The notes beneath the pieces were generated by a model. The model saw nothing but the letters and a program-made list of their open reading frames with translations. It was not told the DNA's origin and did no database searches. A DNA stretch of 64,000 nt, from contig JAPDJW010000002.1 of the NCBI GenBank assembly GCA_029258885.1, positions 582,816 to 646,815 on the forward strand. The letters run 5' to 3'. The position numbers and the translations under genes were made by a program. This DNA is from Thermoproteota archaeon (GTDB taxonomy: Archaea; Thermoproteota; Thermoprotei; Thermofilales; B9-G17). Positions 37,063 to 47,536 of this stretch are shown piece by piece. Position 1 is the stretch's first letter. Each line of letters starts with the position of its first letter.

Positions 37063-39186
37063 CTATTCCTTTACTTTAAAGAACTTCACCCAATCGGGCT
37101 GTTCAACGCTGTCCTTCTCGAGCATCTGCCTCCATTTTTCATCTGTAAGCCTATCCGACTGGGGCCATGTGAACTCGTAGTAGCTCATTACGAGCCCTAC
37201 TCCACAGTAGAGCTTACCATCCTCAGCCTTATACACCACGATTATCGGATCAAAGTATCCGGTTCCAACCTCGAGGACTCTATTGGTGTTTGGGTCGGTG
37301 AAAACGTCCGCTATTATCCTAGGATCCTTAACCCTCTCCTCAAGCCCCGAAATCAGGCTTCTCAATAAGGCGCCGTAGCTCAATATCAGCTGTGCCTCCT
37401 CCTTAGTTAACGCCTCGCCCTTCAGCTCCTTAAGCGAAATTTCAAGCAGCTTACTGAGGAGCGATATGAACCTTGAGAGATCCTCCTCCATATCCTCATC
37501 CAGTAGATTCAGCGCCTTTAAACCCTGTAAGGTCGCATTAGCGAGATTCATTAGCCTGTAGTATAGTATTGGGTGTGGCTCAACGTATCCGGGATGTGGC
37601 GATTTCGGCGGTATCGATACCTTCGCGGCGTAGGGCTGCTTAGCATAGAGGATGGTATCATGTCTAAGCTGAGCCCAGCTTGACATCATCGTATTTAAAT
37701 CCTTGTACCTCCAGGCCTCAGTCTGCATAAATGTTGGATAACCCTTAGTGGAGTAGTTGAGGAGGGACTTTATCGTGTAGAGCCAGCCCATATAGAGGTT
37801 TCTGCTCCACTCTTCATCGGTTATATTTGCAACATACTTCTTCATCTCCTCAAGCTTATCCTTGTAGCCTGGATACTTAGACTTATCCTCCTCCAGAAGC
37901 TTCTCGGCAATGCTTGATCCTAAGGCGGCGGCTATATCTAGGCCCTTAACCATTGTACGGTAAGCAACCTCCGGATAGCAGAGCTTCTGGTGAATATATC
38001 CGTCCAGAATGAAACGTTGACCCATAAACCTTAACCCAGCTAGGCTCGGTATCTCACAGGGGAAAACGGGGCTACTAACTATCTTAGCTTTGTTTTTTAA
38101 CGTAATTTTACTCCTGAACAGATCCAGTCTCTCAACGTCGTTAACCATATCTGGAGTGAAGTTGCCGTAGACCTCCTTCATCGTCTCAAGGTAGTCGTAG
38201 AAGTTCAGGTCGTCGGATTCACCGACTATGAATGAGGTAGGTAGATAGACTTTCTCCCACAGCTTCAGGCAGCTTACGCCATCAGCGTTAGTATTAACCA
38301 TTAGGTAGGTTAATATCAGGGCCTGTGCTGTCTGAAGCCTAGCAAGCTCAACCGGCTGATAGGGTGATGAGTTCGCCTGGAAACGCATCCTGCCGAGCCA
38401 TATCATACACCTAAAGTATTGCTCCAGAATAGGCTTCTCGGTGTAGTGTCCCCTCGGAATGTACTGGGTATAGTCTTCATTATACATAAATATGGGACTT
38501 ATACACTCCGGGCATGATGCCGATAGAATGAGTTCGAGCTCTCTATCCACTAGATCCTCAACTACCTCCGGAACATCGGTGAATGGATTCAGAAGCTTGA
38601 GTGCAACCGTAATGAATGCGAGGTCCCTAAGCGTGGCGTTCCTAGCTAAGGTATTCTCCGGCAGTTCATAGTATAGTTTAGCTAATTCGTCCTTAAGTGA
38701 GGTCAACAGCTTTTTAAGTATTGGTATGAACTTCCTCTCCTCGAGCTTCATAAGGATGTGGTCGAAGAAGGCGTGGTATATGAATAGCACGGAATCCGTG
38801 GTTACGAAGACGGGTATTCCGCTATCAGCTATAGACTTATAACCCTGGTATAGGTTGTCTATTCTTCCATCAACAACTACGAATCCGTTGCTGGATAGCA
38901 TCTCTAAAGCCTTACTGTCCAGCGTAAACCGTTTACATACAGAATCCCAGTTGACGACATCCGATGGATTAACGGGTAGATTATAAGATGGGGCGTTAGA
39001 TACTATGATAAGCCTACTTGATGTGGTTTTAAACACTGAGGAGCCATACTTACCGCCCTCTACAAGCACTTCCTCCCCCCTAGCCATCTTTACAGGATAC
39101 ATAAGCTTGAGGATGAGATGCACTGATAGCGCTGTATTCACTAAAATTGTAGCCAATAATAACAGTACTGCGGTATTTCTGCTCAA
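37063..39186 (-). CDS. DUF3160-family secreted/membrane-anchored protein
   Basis: Motifs FVTTDS, EDYTQYIPRGHYT, YFRCMIWLGR, RFMGQRF, SWAQLRHDTILYAKQ, GYVEP, IADVFT and SYYEF; N-terminal TM. Confidence 0.85.
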   Translation of the reverse strand: MSRNTAVLLLLATILVNTALSVHLILKLMYPVKMARGEEVLVEGGKYGSSVFKTTSSRLIIVSNAPSYNLPVNPSDVVNWDSVCKRFTLDSKALEMLSSNGFVVVDGRIDNLYQGYKSIADSGIPVFVTTDSVLFIYHAFFDHILMKLEERKFIPILKKLLTSLKDELAKLYYELPENTLARNATLRDLAFITVALKLLNPFTDVPEVVEDLVDRELELILSASCPECISPIFMYNEDYTQYIPRGHYTEKPILEQYFRCMIWLGRMRFQANSSPYQPVELARLQTAQALILTYLMVNTNADGVSCLKLWEKVYLPTSFIVGESDDLNFYDYLETMKEVYGNFTPDMVNDVERLDLFRSKITLKNKAKIVSSPVFPCEIPSLAGLRFMGQRFILDGYIHQKLCYPEVAYRTMVKGLDIAAALGSSIAEKLLEEDKSKYPGYKDKLEEMKKYVANITDEEWSRNLYMGWLYTIKSLLNYSTKGYPTFMQTEAWRYKDLNTMMSSWAQLRHDTILYAKQPYAAKVSIPPKSPHPGYVEPHPILYYRLMNLANATLQGLKALNLLDEDMEEDLSRFISLLSKLLEISLKELKGEALTKEEAQLILSYGALLRSLISGLEERVKDPRIIADVFTDPNTNRVLEVGTGYFDPIIVVYKAEDGKLYCGVGLVMSYYEFTWPQSDRLTDEKWRQMLEKDSVEQPDWVKFFKVKE

Positions 39187-39270
39187 TCTACATCCACCAT
39201 AGAATATCTTAGGCTGAGTTAGTTATAAGGTTAGTTTTTGTACAATATTAGCACACCACTTATATGGGTC

Positions 39271-40107
39271 CTAAGCTGGGGGATCCGTGTCTCTCTCTCT
39301 GGGGCCATGTCTTCGCTGACCATATTCAGGCATCCTTCTAACAGGCCTACTGGTGGACGCTGTATCACTAAACATTACATGTATCTTCATCCCAGCTACA
39401 AGGAATAGTATGGTGAAGGCTAGCAGTGCAGCTGCATCTAGGACTGGGTTAAGGTAGCCTCCTCCAACCGAGCGCCTCATTAGGTCGTTACAGTAGGTGA
39501 GGGGTGAGATGAACGCTATCGTCCTCTGCCAATCAGGGAGGTTTTCTAAGGGAATGAATACTCCGCTTATAAACAATAGTGGAAGTCGGAGAAAGTTTAA
39601 AGCCATAGTTACGTTACCGGGATATTCTGTAGGGTATGAGGCGAACATCATTCCGAGGGAGGCGAAGCACATCGATGAAAAGAATATTCCCACAGCCAGC
39701 GAGAGGAGGTTGACTACCTCAACGCCCAGGAATAGGAGGCCTATAAATACTGGCACTATCGATATTGAAATACTATATACCATGCTGCAGAGGATTACGC
39801 CGAGAAGTATTGAGTAGAACGATATAGGGGCAACCAGTAATCTCTCAATTGTTTTAAGCCTCCTCTCCATAGGCAATATCATCGGCCCAACTGATGAGGA
39901 GCTGAAGAGTAGAGTTATTGAGATAAGGCTTGAAATTAGCATACTTGCGGGAATCCTCCTTCCAACGGCAAAGGAGAGGAACATGAAGAGCGGGAACATG
40001 AGGCCGAACATTATAGTTCCAGGCCTTATGTAGTATATCCGCATATACCTCCTAGCGATGGATATCGATGCTCCAATATCCCATCTAATACGTTCCAGAA
40101 CGTTCAT
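39271..40107 (-). CDS. ABC-2 type exporter permease
   Basis: Six TM helices; ERLLVAP, FISGVFIPLENLP and SPLTY. Confidence 0.88.
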   Translation of the reverse strand: MNVLERIRWDIGASISIARRYMRIYYIRPGTIMFGLMFPLFMFLSFAVGRRIPASMLISSLISITLLFSSSSVGPMILPMERRLKTIERLLVAPISFYSILLGVILCSMVYSISISIVPVFIGLLFLGVEVVNLLSLAVGIFFSSMCFASLGMMFASYPTEYPGNVTMALNFLRLPLLFISGVFIPLENLPDWQRTIAFISPLTYCNDLMRRSVGGGYLNPVLDAAALLAFTILFLVAGMKIHVMFSDTASTSRPVRRMPEYGQRRHGPRERDTDPPA

Positions 40108-41039
40108 CCAACACCACCCCCAGTAAGCTTCAGAAAGACGTCCTCGAGGCTCGGCCCCAAAGTATTAATGCTAATAATTTTAAGCCCATTCCTCCTGACA
40201 TAATCGAATAGCTCCTCCAGGGCATCGGGAGGACTGGATGTATAGAGCCTAACCTTATCACCCTCCTTACGCACCGTATGAACCACGGGAATACTCCTTA
40301 AATCATCCAGAACCCTAGGAGAGAGCTTATCGAAGGCTACAACTATTGACTGAACGCTTTCAATCGTGCTCTTCAGTCTCTCGGGCGAATCTATAGCCAC
40401 TATCCTCCCCCTATATATGATCGCCACCCTATCGCAGAGAACGTTAGCTTCCTCAATATTATGCGTCGTAAGAAATACTGTGACTCCCTCTCTATTCAAT
40501 CTCCTAATAATGTTCCTAATAACTATAGTACTACGGACGTCGAGCCCCGAAGTAGGTTCATCGAGAAACAGGAGACGCGGCCTATGTATTAGAGCCATAG
40601 CGATCGTAAGCCTCCTCCTCATACCCTTCGAAAAGGTCCTAACCTTCTCATGCCTACGCTCATAGAGGCCAAATAGCTCAAGCAGTTCTCTTCCATACAC
40701 TCTCCTCTCGTCCTTCGGAACACGGTAGAGTTCTCCCATAAACATCAAGTTATCCCACGCTGATAAATAGTCATAGACATTGGAAAATTCCGGAACAACG
40801 CCAAAAAATCTCCTGGCTCGAATAGCTTTCTTCAGAATATCGCAGCCAAATATCCTAGCGGTGCCTTCAGTAGGCCTAGTTAATCCAGTAAGCATACGGA
40901 TAGTAGTAGTCTTACCTGCACCGTTTGGACCCAGAAAGCCGAATATTTCACCATTTCTAACCTTAAAGTATATATGGTCTACCGCCAGTATTCTGCCGTA
41001 ATACTTCGTTAATCCAAGCGACTCAACGGCATACTCCAT
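40104..41039 (-). CDS. ABC-2 type exporter ATPase (DrrA/CcmA-like)
   Basis: Motifs GPNGAGKTT, FSKGMRRR, LFLDEPTSGLD and LTTH. Confidence 0.92.
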   Translation of the reverse strand: MEYAVESLGLTKYYGRILAVDHIYFKVRNGEIFGFLGPNGAGKTTTIRMLTGLTRPTEGTARIFGCDILKKAIRARRFFGVVPEFSNVYDYLSAWDNLMFMGELYRVPKDERRVYGRELLELFGLYERRHEKVRTFSKGMRRRLTIAMALIHRPRLLFLDEPTSGLDVRSTIVIRNIIRRLNREGVTVFLTTHNIEEANVLCDRVAIIYRGRIVAIDSPERLKSTIESVQSIVVAFDKLSPRVLDDLRSIPVVHTVRKEGDKVRLYTSSPPDALEELFDYVRRNGLKIISINTLGPSLEDVFLKLTGGGVG

Positions 41040-41085
41040 GATCCACCATCATTTACGTGCATATGCACATAAAAATACGTTACGC

Positions 41086-41445
41086 CTATTTCTCGCAAGC
41101 CTCAATTATAGCCGAAATAATTGAAATAACCTTCTTAAGCCTGCCAACAGAATCACTCAGATAATCTAAGCCTAGATCAGTTATTCTATAGATCCTCTTG
41201 GCTGGACCGCTCTCCGGAGTACTCCAAGTTGAGGATATTAAACCATTCTTCTCCATTCTCCTAAGCAGGATATAGATTAGTGATCTCGGAACTTCGAGCT
41301 TATATTCATCTCTTATCTTCTGATAAATTTCACTGCCGTAAGTTGGCTTCTGCTTAATTATACTAAGTATGGCTAGATGTAACAGTCCTCTAACGGGAAT
41401 ACCCCTAAGCGGTGGAGGATCATAGAGTCTATTCGAGTAACACAT
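41086..41445 (-). CDS. PadR-family transcriptional regulator
   Basis: Motifs YGSEI, IYILLRRMEKNGLI and GPAKRIYRITDLG; heads the ABC-2 operon. Confidence 0.88.
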   Translation of the reverse strand: MCYSNRLYDPPPLRGIPVRGLLHLAILSIIKQKPTYGSEIYQKIRDEYKLEVPRSLIYILLRRMEKNGLISSTWSTPESGPAKRIYRITDLGLDYLSDSVGRLKKVISIISAIIEACEK

Positions 41446-41534
41446 GCATCACACCAACATATGTATCTAAGATACTATAATATAAGTGTTACTATTAACA
41501 CCCGCTTTCAGATATATGAAATATAAGGTTTACT

Positions 41535-42815
41535 TTAGGTCGACCTTATTCGAGCAATAGCTTCCTCAATCGTAAGAGTTTCCTGGGTTTTTTCAACTAG
41601 ATCCTTTAATGTAACCTTATTTTCACCGAATTCCTTCCGACCTATAATTATCTGAAACCTGTATCCGCGTTTGTCCGCCTGCTTAAGGGAATCCCTTATG
41701 CTTTTACTATAAAAGTCTAGAACTACGGGTATCTTATTTCTCCTCAGCTGCTCTGCAACCATTATAGCGTATCCTCTAAAGGATTTATCCATATAATATA
41801 GGTTTACTATGTTTACCTCATTCGTTCCCCTGTATGTGAGGGCCATAGCTATCCTATCAACCCCTAATGCGAAGCCCGTGGCCGGAACCCCCGGCTTCCT
41901 GTATAAACCTATCAGCTCATCGTATCTTCCGCCGCCACCTATAGCTAGCCTTGAAAGCCTATCTCCACCTGAACAGAACGCTTCGAACACTAACCCCGTG
42001 TAGTAGTCTAGTCCTCTTACTATTGAGCAGTCTAGAAATACCTTCTCGATAACGCCGTATTCATTGAGTATCTCCGAGAGCTCCCTAAAGAACAAGGCTA
42101 TATTACTGTCATAATTTGAGGCGGCTTCATAGGCTTCATTGAATGGAACAAGCGTTGATGAAAACTCGCCGATGTCGTCAGCTTTTCCCTCTAATCCGAG
42201 CTTAGCTAGCATGTCTCTAAACTCTTCAGGACTAATTTTTTTCTTCTTATCTATAACTCTCAGGACTTCGTACCTTATCGATTTGTCAATGCCCATGGTG
42301 TCTAATGCGGACATAACGAGCCTCCTATCGCAGACCATGACCTTAGGTTCGGGAACACCGACCTTTTCGAGACATTTAACCATTAACGCTATGACTTCTG
42401 CATCAGCATCAACTTTGTCTGAACCGATTAATTCAACTCCAAACTGCCAGAACTCCCTCCAGCGTCCGGCCTGAGGTTCATCGTATCTCCAAACCCTGCC
42501 GAAGTAGCACCATTTAATAGGCTTAGGTAGCGAAGGGTTTGCGGCAATATACCTGGCTAGAGGAACTGTATAGTCGAAGATCAGTCCTAGTTCCCTGCCA
42601 CCTTTATCCTTGAACCAGTAGATTTCATCCCTAACGTTCGGCCCAGCTTTTTTCTCGAGAATCTCTAGCTTCTCTAGAGCTGGGGCTTCAACCTCCCGAT
42701 AGCCCCAGAGTGAGGCTAATTCCAGAAAGCTTTCGCCCAGATACTTTATTCTACCCCAAATTTCAGGAGGATAATCCCTTAAACCACGTGGTGGCCTGAG
42801 GTATGCAATATTCAT
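41535..42815 (-). CDS. hisS: Histidine--tRNA ligase
   Basis: Motifs PRGLRDY, RYDEPQAGRWREFWQ, RGLDYYTG and GGGRYD; C-terminal anticodon domain. Confidence 0.96.
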   Translation of the reverse strand: MNIAYLRPPRGLRDYPPEIWGRIKYLGESFLELASLWGYREVEAPALEKLEILEKKAGPNVRDEIYWFKDKGGRELGLIFDYTVPLARYIAANPSLPKPIKWCYFGRVWRYDEPQAGRWREFWQFGVELIGSDKVDADAEVIALMVKCLEKVGVPEPKVMVCDRRLVMSALDTMGIDKSIRYEVLRVIDKKKKISPEEFRDMLAKLGLEGKADDIGEFSSTLVPFNEAYEAASNYDSNIALFFRELSEILNEYGVIEKVFLDCSIVRGLDYYTGLVFEAFCSGGDRLSRLAIGGGGRYDELIGLYRKPGVPATGFALGVDRIAMALTYRGTNEVNIVNLYYMDKSFRGYAIMVAEQLRRNKIPVVLDFYSKSIRDSLKQADKRGYRFQIIIGRKEFGENKVTLKDLVEKTQETLTIEEAIARIRST

Positions 42816-42867
42816 TCACCGCAACATCTAATTAATAAATATAATTATTAATGTTTCGCCGAGTAAT

Positions 42868-43233
42868 CTAGCGTCTCCATCTCTCTGGTGGAGTATAGTC
42901 CACCGACTTCAGGCTTCCATTGATGTATGCTTTAACGAGATCTCCTACTCTCCCTTCTGCTCCAGTAACCACTTTAATACCGTATTCGCTAAGTACATCT
43001 CGTGCCCTAAACCCTATGCCCCTACATATGACTACATCAACCTTTCTATCAGCTAAAAGCTTAGGGATTATTCCACGTGGATGTTCATATATATACGGAT
43101 TTTCTATGGATTCGACCTTAACGATTTCATTATCTTTAACGTGAACTAGGATGTAGATGGGTGCTCTACCAAAGTGTTCATATATGTGGCTATCCAGCCC
43201 CTTATCCTCTTCAACAGGCAGTGCAATTATCAT
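42868..43233 (-). CDS. NifB/NifX (FeMo-cofactor-binding-like) family protein
   Basis: Motifs HFGRAP and VDVVICRGIG; typical size. Confidence 0.88.
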   Translation of the reverse strand: MIIALPVEEDKGLDSHIYEHFGRAPIYILVHVKDNEIVKVESIENPYIYEHPRGIIPKLLADRKVDVVICRGIGFRARDVLSEYGIKVVTGAEGRVGDLVKAYINGSLKSVDYTPPERWRR

Positions 43234-43421
43234 GGAGGTATTATATGTTGTAGTTAGATATAAAAGTATTACGCTTTTGTATTTTAGGTTAAGCTTAAGC
43301 TATGATGCATTCTGTAGCATATGGACTAAGTTAAGCTTGAGCTAACGTTTTCAGATGAGTAGGTAATGTAGCTTAAAATAAGAGTAAAATATTAATAAAC
43401 CGAATATACAGGCGTGGGAGC

Positions 43422-44033
43422 ATGTCCAAGAATATTCCCGATGAGTTCATAGAGTTCATATTTAGAGAGAGGCGAAGGCTATTGGAAAAAGCTGTTGCTG
43501 GTAAAGCTAGAAGAGAAGATTTTCTCATAGGCTTCTTAAGACATACGCCTGCTGTGGTATCGTATGGTCCAGCCGGCTTAAATGCCTCCATAAAGGGTAT
43601 AGGCTTCGTAGTTAAAGACGAGTATTTAAAGGAGACCATAGACTTCCTCATGTCACAAAGAGATAAGGTGCTGAAGAAGCCTATGGAAGCCATGCGTATA
43701 CTACTTGAATACTTCTACGTTGAAGAGAAGATAGACTTCACCAAGCTATCAACTATAGAGCTGGCAAGAAGGCATACGTGGACTAATCTAAATGTAAACA
43801 GCGAGGCTACGCTCCTATTCTATGTCCCGCCTTCAAAGACGTATGAAGTAAGGTGTAAAGCAACAATACACATGGACGACGAGTACTGGAAGCTGGCAAA
43901 CCTAGTACACGACCTATACCACGTATACCCCTACGGAAGGGAGAGAGATTGGAGGAAAACTCCGGTCTACGTATTCCATATAAAGGAGATATACGATAAC
44001 GATCCAGCTAAAATGGGAGAAAAAATCTACTAG
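43422..44033 (+). CDS. FMN-binding split-barrel (pyridoxamine 5'-phosphate oxidase-like) protein
   Basis: HTWTNLNVNSEATLLFY..YEVRC..VFHIKEIYDN pattern. Confidence 0.6.
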   Translation: MSKNIPDEFIEFIFRERRRLLEKAVAGKARREDFLIGFLRHTPAVVSYGPAGLNASIKGIGFVVKDEYLKETIDFLMSQRDKVLKKPMEAMRILLEYFYVEEKIDFTKLSTIELARRHTWTNLNVNSEATLLFYVPPSKTYEVRCKATIHMDDEYWKLANLVHDLYHVYPYGRERDWRKTPVYVFHIKEIYDNDPAKMGEKIY

Positions 44034-44371
44034 AGGTACTGCCTAATAATCGGTGGAAGAGCAAGCTGCCTACCACTAACAATGTAGGCGTGTCTAAGCC
44101 TAAGCCTCTCGTAGCTCTTAGTCATAAACGTTAAACCATCCACATTGGCAACGTATACGTAGACTATCCTTCTACTTAAGATGCCTTCTTTACCAACTAC
44201 CTCCGCTACAATAGGTTTCTCCTTAAGAGCTACAACCTTCTCAAACTCTCTAGGCTCAACAATAATCACGGGACCGATAACTACGAGAGCTTTAGCGGCG
44301 GCAGCAGAAGTTGCAACAGCGCCAGCAACAGCACCAGCAACAGCACCAGCGGCAGCTGTGCTACCACCCAA
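44030..44371 (-). CDS. Hypothetical protein with an Ala/Gly-rich N-terminus
   Basis: 113-aa ORF with a TTG start; the N-terminus is encoded by a 12-bp tandem repeat. Confidence 0.55.
   Translation of the reverse strand: MGGSTAAAGAVAGAVAGAVATSAAAAKALVVIGPVIIVEPREFEKVVALKEKPIVAEVVGKEGILSRRIVYVYVANVDGLTFMTKSYERLRLRHAYIVSGRQLALPPIIRQYL
44313..44348. repeat. Three copies of the 12-bp unit GCAACAGC(G/A)CCA
   Basis: Read directly; encodes (GAVA)x3 on the minus strand. Confidence 0.8.
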
Positions 44372-44459
44372 CAGGGATTCACCGTGGTAACATATCTTAG
44401 CTCTGATAATTAAAATTATCCTTAATTACCAGTTATTCATAGATAGGAGTGGGGTTAAT

Positions 44460-45146
44460 ATGGATACCTCCAAGGACTATCGTATTCTCTACTGTGAGAG
44501 GATACTTGATAGGTTTATGAATGTTATAAGGTATTGGAAGCTACCCTATTATACGCTGAAGAGGGAGAAGGTATTAAATAGGGCTGAGAGGGTTAAGTCG
44601 GCTCTAATGACCATCAAATACTCCTTCCTGCCCCTGGATATGCTGTTGAAGTCGGATATGCTTAGGGAGTACGAGGATGCTGTTGAAGAGGTAGTTAAAG
44701 TGTTATCAGAGGAGAGGCCGATAATATCCGATGAGAAAACGAAGCTATCTTATGCTGAAATAAGGTATGCCACTAGAACTCTACGAACCCTTAGGAATAG
44801 GCTGATGCTCGGGGAGGAGAATAGAATTGAGTACGCTATAGATATTGTAGGCGTTGAGGTTGCATCGGTTTCGAAGCATCCTAGAGCAGATAGGCTCTAC
44901 ATAACTAAGGCTGGAACGGGGGAGGAGTCGTACATAGTAATTACGAATATAAGGGATGTAAAGAAGGGTGAAGTAAGGGCTATAGCTCTACTGCCGCCAG
45001 CTCTAATAATGGGCGAAGTAAGTGAGGCGATGTACTGTTCAAATCCACTACCGCCTGAGTATAAGGGTAGGCGGCCGCCGAGCAACCTGATATTCCTAAG
45101 CGAAGTTACAAGCCAAATAGAGGGGGTGTTGAAGTCTACCCCTTGA
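44460..45146 (+). CDS. RNA-binding protein with a C-terminal EMAP/Trbp111 tRNA-binding domain (COG2517-like)
   Basis: VGVEVASVSKHPRADRLY, VITN, ALLPP and VSEAM; helical N-terminal domain. Confidence 0.8.
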   Translation: MDTSKDYRILYCERILDRFMNVIRYWKLPYYTLKREKVLNRAERVKSALMTIKYSFLPLDMLLKSDMLREYEDAVEEVVKVLSEERPIISDEKTKLSYAEIRYATRTLRTLRNRLMLGEENRIEYAIDIVGVEVASVSKHPRADRLYITKAGTGEESYIVITNIRDVKKGEVRAIALLPPALIMGEVSEAMYCSNPLPPEYKGRRPPSNLIFLSEVTSQIEGVLKSTP

Positions 45147-45648
45147 GTAGGCTATCTATTTCGCTTGCAAGCACGTTGTATTGAGTTACGCCTATATGCT
45201 TATGTTTAATGCAGCCGTCTTTATCTATGATTATCAATGTGGGAATGTACTTGATTTTATATTTTGATGCAACATCCCCATTAACATCGAGGAGTATCGT
45301 CCAGTTAATCTTGTATGCTTGGGCAAATGCCGCAACAGTACCTTTGCTCTCCTGAATATTTATCGACAGGATAACTACACCTTTCGATGAATAGGTATCG
45401 TAGATTTTACCTAGAATAGGCATCTCCTGCCTACAGGGCTTACACCATGTAGCCCAGAAGTCGAGTATCACGACGTACCCTCTTAAGTTACTCAGCTTAA
45501 TCTTAGTGCCATTTAATGCTTCAAGCTCAAAATCGGGCGCCATATTTCCTGAACTCTCAGGGGCAAATAGGTTTTGATAAACTGAATATAGGATAACGGC
45601 TCCCAGTATAGCTGCTATTAATAGAAGAATATAGCCTACAGTCTTCAC
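45136..45648 (-). CDS. TlpA/ResA-like membrane-anchored thioredoxin
   Basis: Motifs APDFEL, DFWATWCKPC and IPTLIIID. Confidence 0.92.
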   Translation of the reverse strand: MKTVGYILLLIAAILGAVILYSVYQNLFAPESSGNMAPDFELEALNGTKIKLSNLRGYVVILDFWATWCKPCRQEMPILGKIYDTYSSKGVVILSINIQESKGTVAAFAQAYKINWTILLDVNGDVASKYKIKYIPTLIIIDKDGCIKHKHIGVTQYNVLASEIDSLLKG

Positions 45649-45756
45649 GGAATCACCTAAATTGTATAGTTTACCTATCCAATAAAATTATCGTATCAGG
45701 TTTGGGATATGAACCTCGAAAAACTAATAATGTTCTCTCTCGTGTAGTTAAGTTAG

Positions 45757-45806
45757 ATGATGAAAGGTCGGTGGAGCGAGTAGGTGAGCGGCGCGTCCTT
45801 CGCTGA
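45757..45806 (+). ncRNA. Archaeal C/D-box guide sRNA
   Basis: C box ATGATGA 45757-63, 12-nt guide AAGGTCGGTGGA, D' GCGA 45776-79, C' GTGAGCG 45784-90, 12-nt guide GCGCGTCCTTCG, D box CTGA 45803-06. It is intergenic. Confidence 0.8.
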
Positions 45807-45880
45807 GCAGCGTTGAGTTAGCATATTAAAATATTCCATTAAGGTGGAATAGAAAGATAATTAAATCGTTATTATGGAGT

Positions 45881-47161
45881 TTACTGACCCCCAGCTTTTC
45901 TCATCATTTTAACAACCATGGGGAGGAGATGCCATCCATGCTCTATTAATCCCAGTGATCCGTTTCTACAGTCTTTCTCTGTAAACCTCTCTATTCCATC
46001 CCCCCCTATTCCAGGTATGTAAACAAGCACTGGCACGGGATCATCTGTATGAGCCTTATGAGTCCAAGGCGTAGCATGATCGGACGTAACGATTATGGCT
46101 GTGCTGCCAAGATCTATTGATTCAAGCAGTGGCTTTGTAAAGTACTTGTCTATAAGTTCTATAGCCTTAACTTTCCTCTCCAAGTCTCCGTCGTGTCCAG
46201 GCTCGTCCGGCCCCTTTAAGTGCACGTAGACAGCATCATACCTCTCCAGGAGCTTAAGGGTTGTCTCAAGCCTATTCTCGTAGTCGGCCTTCTTATCCTC
46301 AGTCGGCGGAGGTACCTCAGCTATATCCATTCCGACGAGCCTGGCTATGCCCTTCTCAACGGGCATTTCAGCGACAGCTACAAATCTCATTCCATACATC
46401 TCGTTTATAGGCTTAACCTTGACAATTTCGCCTCCAGCGTCCCTCAGAAGCATAACGTTAGCCTTAAGCTTGCCCTTAAGCTCCCTCTCAACGTTAACCG
46501 GGTGGTTATCGAGTATCTCAATAACTTTTCTCGTAAACGTGTTTACAAGCTCGGCGGTGCGTTTAGCCTCAATGCTATCATCCAAGGGCTTACATTCAGT
46601 AAGCTTCATCTCAAACTTCTTCGCGGCAATAGATATCTTTCCAACCTTAACGTATGCTGGGTCGGTATTCCCAACGTTATCGGATAGCTTGTATGTTCTA
46701 CTGCCTATAATTACTACGCCTCGGTGGCCGACGGTGGCAGCAACCTTAGCGTAGCCATCGTATAGTCCCAGTTCCAGACCATTAATAGACTTAGCCAGCT
46801 CGGCTGCTTCACTACTCTCGAGGTCCCTGCCACACCTCCTATCTATAATCCTTAAGGTTTTCGGATCTATCGTAGCGAAGTTAGCTCTAAATGCAACTTC
46901 ATAGCCTGGTTTTAGGTCAAGCCCTGCTCCAAGTGCTTCCACGGGTCCCCTGCCAATGTAGTGTTTATGCGGGTCATATCCCAGTATCGAGAACACTGCT
47001 GAGTCGCTCTCAGGAGCTATACCTTTACCAATGGTATACATTAAGCCGCATTTTCCTTTCGGCGTAAGCGAATCCAACGCAGGCTTAACAGCCTTCTCGA
47101 GGGAGGTCACATTATTCGGAGAATCCGCAGCGCCATCGATTATGAAGTATATTAGTTTCAT
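45881..47161 (-). CDS. apgM: 2,3-bisphosphoglycerate-independent phosphoglycerate mutase, archaeal type
   Basis: Motifs IIDGAAD, PESDSA, AFRANFAT, HLKGPDEPGHDG, SDHATP and HTDDPVP. Confidence 0.93.
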   Translation of the reverse strand: MKLIYFIIDGAADSPNNVTSLEKAVKPALDSLTPKGKCGLMYTIGKGIAPESDSAVFSILGYDPHKHYIGRGPVEALGAGLDLKPGYEVAFRANFATIDPKTLRIIDRRCGRDLESSEAAELAKSINGLELGLYDGYAKVAATVGHRGVVIIGSRTYKLSDNVGNTDPAYVKVGKISIAAKKFEMKLTECKPLDDSIEAKRTAELVNTFTRKVIEILDNHPVNVERELKGKLKANVMLLRDAGGEIVKVKPINEMYGMRFVAVAEMPVEKGIARLVGMDIAEVPPPTEDKKADYENRLETTLKLLERYDAVYVHLKGPDEPGHDGDLERKVKAIELIDKYFTKPLLESIDLGSTAIIVTSDHATPWTHKAHTDDPVPVLVYIPGIGGDGIERFTEKDCRNGSLGLIEHGWHLLPMVVKMMRKAGGQ

Positions 47162-47293
47162 TTCAAAACACCCATTCTACAATACATCCAGACATTATAA
47201 ATTTACCTCATGAGATAGGCTTTAGAAAAACGTGGTCCGAACCCAATTGATAGATCTCTAATTCTTAGAAAATGTTTCAGTAAAATATTTATA

Positions 47294-47315
47294 GTAGTAC
47301 TAAAATGGTAGTACT
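47294..47315. promoter_or_regulatory. Tandem GTAGTACT repeat (14-bp period) just upstream of the antitoxin gene; candidate autoregulatory operator
   Basis: GTAGTACT at 47294-301 and 47308-15, immediately downstream of TTTATA. Confidence 0.45.
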
Positions 47316-47536
47316 TGATGTACGTGAAGGTTACTAGGAAGGGTCAAGTTACGATACCTAAAGTGTTTAGAGACAGGCTGAATATATCTGAGGGCGATAT
47401 TCTTCTAGTAGAACTTAAGGAGGAATGTATTATTTTCCGTAAGCCTAAGTTGCCGAGCCCGGGAGAGCCCGTGGGGATGGATAAGTACCGTGAAATACTG
47501 GAGGAGCTTGAAGAGGTTAGAAGGAATTGGCGCTAG
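47315..47536 (+). CDS. vapB: AbrB/MazE-fold antitoxin (VapB)
   Basis: Motif VKVTRKGQVTIPKVFRDRLNISEGD. Confidence 0.9.
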   Translation: MMYVKVTRKGQVTIPKVFRDRLNISEGDILLVELKEECIIFRKPKLPSPGEPVGMDKYREILEELEEVRRNWR

